64,000 nt of DNA from Macrostomum lignano (Eukaryota): assembly GCA_002269645.1 (NCBI GenBank), contig NIVC01000921.1:62001-126000 (forward strand). The letters run 5' to 3'. How positions within the stretch are numbered: position 1 is the stretch's first letter; each line of letters begins with the position of its first letter. Shown piece after piece: positions 60,037 to 64,000 of the stretch. The notes beneath the pieces were generated by a model. That model was not told the origin of the DNA. It saw only the letters and a list, made by a program, of their open reading frames with translations, and searched no databases. The position numbers and the translations under genes are program-made.

Positions 60037-60374
60037 CTGTGTGGAGAGGAAACCGGGTGTTGGGTCCACAATTTGGGACAGTGGCAGAAGTACGCGAGAG
60101 GGTTAACTATGCTAATTTCTATTCAAATTAGTTGGATAGAGCCATTTACTCAATCTACAGATGTAAGCTGTAAGGTCTATTGTTAGACTGTGTGCCATGT
60201 AGATAGTAAATGCTGGGCTTTATGGCAGACTGCCATGTGTACCTGCCAAATCACAGAGCTGGTAAGTTCGTTTTGTAGATGGCCTGCTGGTACATGTAAC
60301 AGTCTTGTAGGTGGATAATATTAGACAGTCCGGTAGGTAGATAATATTAGACAGTCCGGTAAGTAGATAATATC

Positions 60375-60900
60375 ATAGAGGGGTTCCAGCTACAGAGGGG
60401 CGCCAGCTACTGAGGGGGGCTCCAGCTACAGAAGGGGGCGCCAGCTACAGAGGGGCGCCAGCTACAGAAGGGGGCGCCAGCTACAGAGGGGCGCCAGCTA
60501 CAGAAGGGGGCGCCAGCTACAGAGGGGCGCCAGCTACAGCGGGGGCGCCAGCTACAGAGGGGGCGCCAGCTACAGAGGGGCGCCAGCTACAGAGGGGCAC
60601 CAGCTACAGAGGGGCGCCAGCTACAGAGGGGGTTCCAGCTACAGAGGGGCGCCAGCTGCAGAGGGGCGCCAGCTACAGAGGGGCGCCAGCTACAGAGGGG
60701 GCTCCAGCTACAGTGGGGCGCCAGCTACAGAGGGGCGCCAGCTACAGAGGGGCGCCAGCTACAGAGGGGGCTCCAGCTACAGTGGGGCGCCAGCTACAGA
60801 GCGGCGCCAGCTACAGTGGGGCGCCAGCTACAGAGGGGCGCCAGCTACAGAGGGGCGCCAGCTACAGAGGGGCGCCAGCTACAGAGGGGCGCCAGCTACA
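60375..60900. repeat. 17-bp GC-rich minisatellite, about 30 copies
   Basis: Unit gccagctacagaggggc. Confidence 0.95.
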
Positions 60901-62597
60901 TGGGGCCATTCTGCAGAGAACCGTGCAACTGCTGCAGGATGCTGGCTGCAACGAGCTGCTGATGCTGATCCGTGAGGGCATACAAATCTTACCGCTTTTA
61001 AAATAAAGAGCAAAGTTCATAATTGTCTTTCAATATGAATTCACCAATGTCTGACAACGAAGGTCAATAGATTTGCCCTCAGAGCTTACTCATTCAATGC
61101 AAGTCATTACTGTGCTCATGCATGCACACAATTTAGGGTGCAAACCACTTCAATTCATGCTTTAAATGCAGGTGGATTGACAGGTTAGGATTGAGCAGGC
61201 GTCCCCAACCACCTGCGAACAATTGCCGTCAGGATGATGATGTTTGCTATAGCTGTGCCGGATTCCCAGCTCAAGCCAATTCAAATATTATAGCCGGCCA
61301 GTCTGCACGGCCCGGGTTGAGATTGATTGAACAGCACCAGTAATAATAAATCACCCTGCTTAGCCGGGTCAGCGCTCTTCCTACTCTCTATTCTCGCTCG
61401 TTCGGCCCACTCTTGAAGCTCGCATTACAAGCACTGTTAGACTGACTGAGTCCCCGCAGCTGCCTGATCAAACAGCGTTAGCTAAATAGGATTAACTCTG
61501 CGGCGAGGGGGGACACCGCTCAGCACTGCAGTCGTATATGTCCGCGGCTATAGGTTACCGCTGCTTAACTTATTTGCCCATCTCCCCGATGTCGCGGGGC
61601 CGTTCTCAAATTCCCATCAGACAGACGGGGCAGGCAGCCCGGCGGCCCGCGTCCTCTTGTTCCATGAGGCAAGCTCTACCCCAGATATAAGCTAATTCCC
61701 AACCCATCCTGTATTGCATTCTCGAGATACAAGAATTGCCGGAGACCTCACCTATCAGCCTCCCCTCTCCCTCCCACCATCTCTCCCATCCCATATCCCC
61801 CCTGGAGACTCTGAAAGAAGAAAAAATCGATTCCAATGGTGTCGCGTTTTCAGCAGCAGCAGCTCGAGCGAGATGAGGGAGGGAATTTCAAAGTGCAGGC
61901 AAACCTGGGGCAGCTGGCAACTTACTATGAACAAGAATTGCTGTTTTGAGCCGGGGGCAGCCTGCTAGCAGCGGTTGCCAACCGGAGATGAATTTGGTTC
62001 TTCCGCTGGTACAAACTGACATGCTGTGCTCTCTTGCATTCTGGACCAGGTGTCCCTGCCGCCACTGCATTTGCCCCGCTACTGGCCCTCCGCCTCCCTT
62101 CCTCACTGCCTCCCTCCTTTCCTTCCTTCCTGAAGTCTTTTGTTTTTCAAGCCAAACCGTGCCGGCTCAGACAAAAGTGCAACGTGAACTATTAGCAACC
62201 AGTACGAACCAGTTGTTTGCATTTTAACTACTTGTGCCTGGCTAAATTCAAATTTATATTTCTACTAATGATAAACTATGAGGCGTTACCTCAGTGTATG
62301 CAGGATGAGAGTGCAGTGGGAGCGTGGACAGTATGGAGCCTCATTAGGAGGCCTATAGCTAGCTAAGCATTGCAGTGGATTACAGGTAGGTACGTCTGTG
62401 GACTTTTTGTCGGAGTAAAACGCTGGACAAAGGAAAGGATTAATATTAGTCACGGTTTAGTAAAAAGTGTTGCACAACAGAAAGAGGCTACAAGTATATA
62501 TAATTATAATAGAATGTACTCTGACTGTGTAACGCATGGAATAAACACTGTCAGTAGCAGTAGTATGCAGCAGTAGTATTCAAATACTTCTCGATCA

Positions 62598-63059
62598 TCA
62601 GCAGGAGTTGAAAATCTTCATCTTGGCGGCCATCGCGTTGAACTCGTCAAAGTTGATCACCCCGTCGTGGTCTGTGTCAGCTTCGCGCATCATCTCGTCC
62701 AGCTCGGGGTCGGACATGCCCTCCTTCAGGATTTCGTTCATGACGAACTTCAGCTCGGACTTGGAGATCACCCCGTCCTGGTTCTGGTCCAGCAGGTCGA
62801 AGATTCGCTGCTTCTCCGACTGCGGCCGGTGGCCGCCCTTCTCCACGAAGGCGTTCATCATGGTGACGAACTCCTGGAACTCCAGCGTACCGTTGGAGTT
62901 CTTGTCGAATTCGCGGATGAGGGCCTCAGCCTCCGGACGGGTGATGGTCTGGCCAGCTGCCCGCATCAGGCTGACGAGCTCCTTGACCTCGATGGCGCCG
63001 TTGCCGTTGGTGTCCGACTTGTCGAACACCTCGCGCAGGACTTCCGTGCTGTGGGCCAT
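62598..63059 (-). CDS. Calmodulin-like protein with four EF-hands, 153 aa, intronless
   Basis: Loops DTNGNGAIEVKE, DKNSNGTLEFQE, DQNQDGVISKSE and DTDHDGVINFDE; too divergent to be canonical calmodulin. Confidence 0.92.
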   Translation of the reverse strand: MAHSTEVLREVFDKSDTNGNGAIEVKELVSLMRAAGQTITRPEAEALIREFDKNSNGTLEFQEFVTMMNAFVEKGGHRPQSEKQRIFDLLDQNQDGVISKSELKFVMNEILKEGMSDPELDEMMREADTDHDGVINFDEFNAMAAKMKIFNSC

Positions 63060-64000
63060 GCTTTGGTATTAGTGAGCAAAGCGCTGCAGTGTTGAAGTAT
63101 ATAGTCCGGACTGGAACTGCCTCGGCCAGTTGTTCCCTCCTTTTTGCCCACCGTCTAAGCCGCCCCACCCCACCCTCCAGTTCCGCAGGCTCGCAGGCGA
63201 TTGGCCGTGGGCCTATAGGCTCCCCGCTGTGAGAGATAAGCGGCAGACCGGGACAAGTGGGGGGGGGGGTTAGATGAGATCCAGCTTTTCCCAGCCCAGC
63301 CATAAAAGAAGGCTGACGGCCGCGCGCTGAAAGCTGCTCCGCTTGCCTGCCTTCCTGCCTGCCCAGACCAAAGTTTATTTTTGACTTTCTTTAACTATAA
63401 CGATTTTCGTGTGACACACTGTTTAAATGCAGCTCTGCCTCCCACAGACCTCACTATATCTGCTTGTGTATGTGTGTGAGAGTGTTGCATTTTTCTCTGC
63501 TTCAGGACCTGCCGTTTTCCTCTTAATCACCTTAAGTTGGCCAGGCCTCAAAACTTCTCTGCTTGCTCGGTCCTCCTGCCTCCCCCCCCCCTGTTGAATC
63601 CCAATTTCTGCTTTCGCTCGCTCTCTGGGGAGCTGATTGCTTTCTGCCCCATTCATTTCCTGTGTAGCGTGGAGGAGAGCCGAAAAGTAAGAAAAAGAAA
63701 AAGAAGAAGAAGAGAAAAATGGTTTTGGCAATCTTGCCAGAGCACACTCCTGACGAATTGCTGTGTTTTTTAGTCATTTCCCCTCGACTAACTCCCTGCC
63801 GGCGAATTCCTTTCGCTGCAGTATAGTTTGAGTTTGAGCAGCTCGAGGGCAGCATTATTGATCTTCGGTTGGGGGGGGGGCTTGCTCTCCTAATCCCTTC
63901 CTGTCTGATCTGACAATGCGGGGCTGGCTGAAATCTGGGGCCAGATAAAGAGAGAAAAAACGGCCAAAAACAACAAAAACACACGCAAGGAGCTTTAAAT

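Noticed and set aside
62608-63095. Plus-strand ORFs opposite the calmodulin-like gene (likewise 17560-18291 opposite the sHSP)
   Set aside because: Antisense shadows typical of GC3-rich coding sequence.

Overview
Eukaryotic (animal) genomic DNA, most consistent with a free-living flatworm such as Macrostomum. This is an inference from GC/CpG-rich exons, a two-domain small HSP and minisatellite-filled introns. Two multi-exon genes were reconstructed by hand with phase-consistent GT-AG junctions: UPF1 (7 exons, 19816-31719, +, 1148 aa) and a FRMD3/5-type FERM-FA-TM gene (15 exons, 39664-56064, +, 631 aa). Five intronless genes are present: a CD225/dispanin protein, an orphan Cys-Pro repeat protein, a double alpha-crystallin sHSP with TATA plus two perfect heat-shock elements, a diverged POT/SLC15-like transporter and a calmodulin-like protein. 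A decayed ionotropic glutamate receptor-like gene lies at the left end. About 27 distinct tandem arrays occupy roughly 40% of the window, and most long entries in the ORF track are artefacts of them. Four observations stand out. (1) Arrays are private to individual introns and usually start just after a splice donor; one is literally a chain of about 37 GT...AG 44-nt mini-introns starting at the donor. (2) Both multi-exon genes have a sharply bounded, AT-rich, almost CpG-free domain over the first coding exon and intron. (3) Donors directly upstream of the arrays behind UPF1 and FRMD predict 3'-UTR introns, i.e. possible NMD autoregulation of UPF1. (4) Several fold-back mini-elements are present, including a 39-bp TIR element with an 8-bp target-site duplication. 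No rRNA, tRNA or CRISPR array was found.
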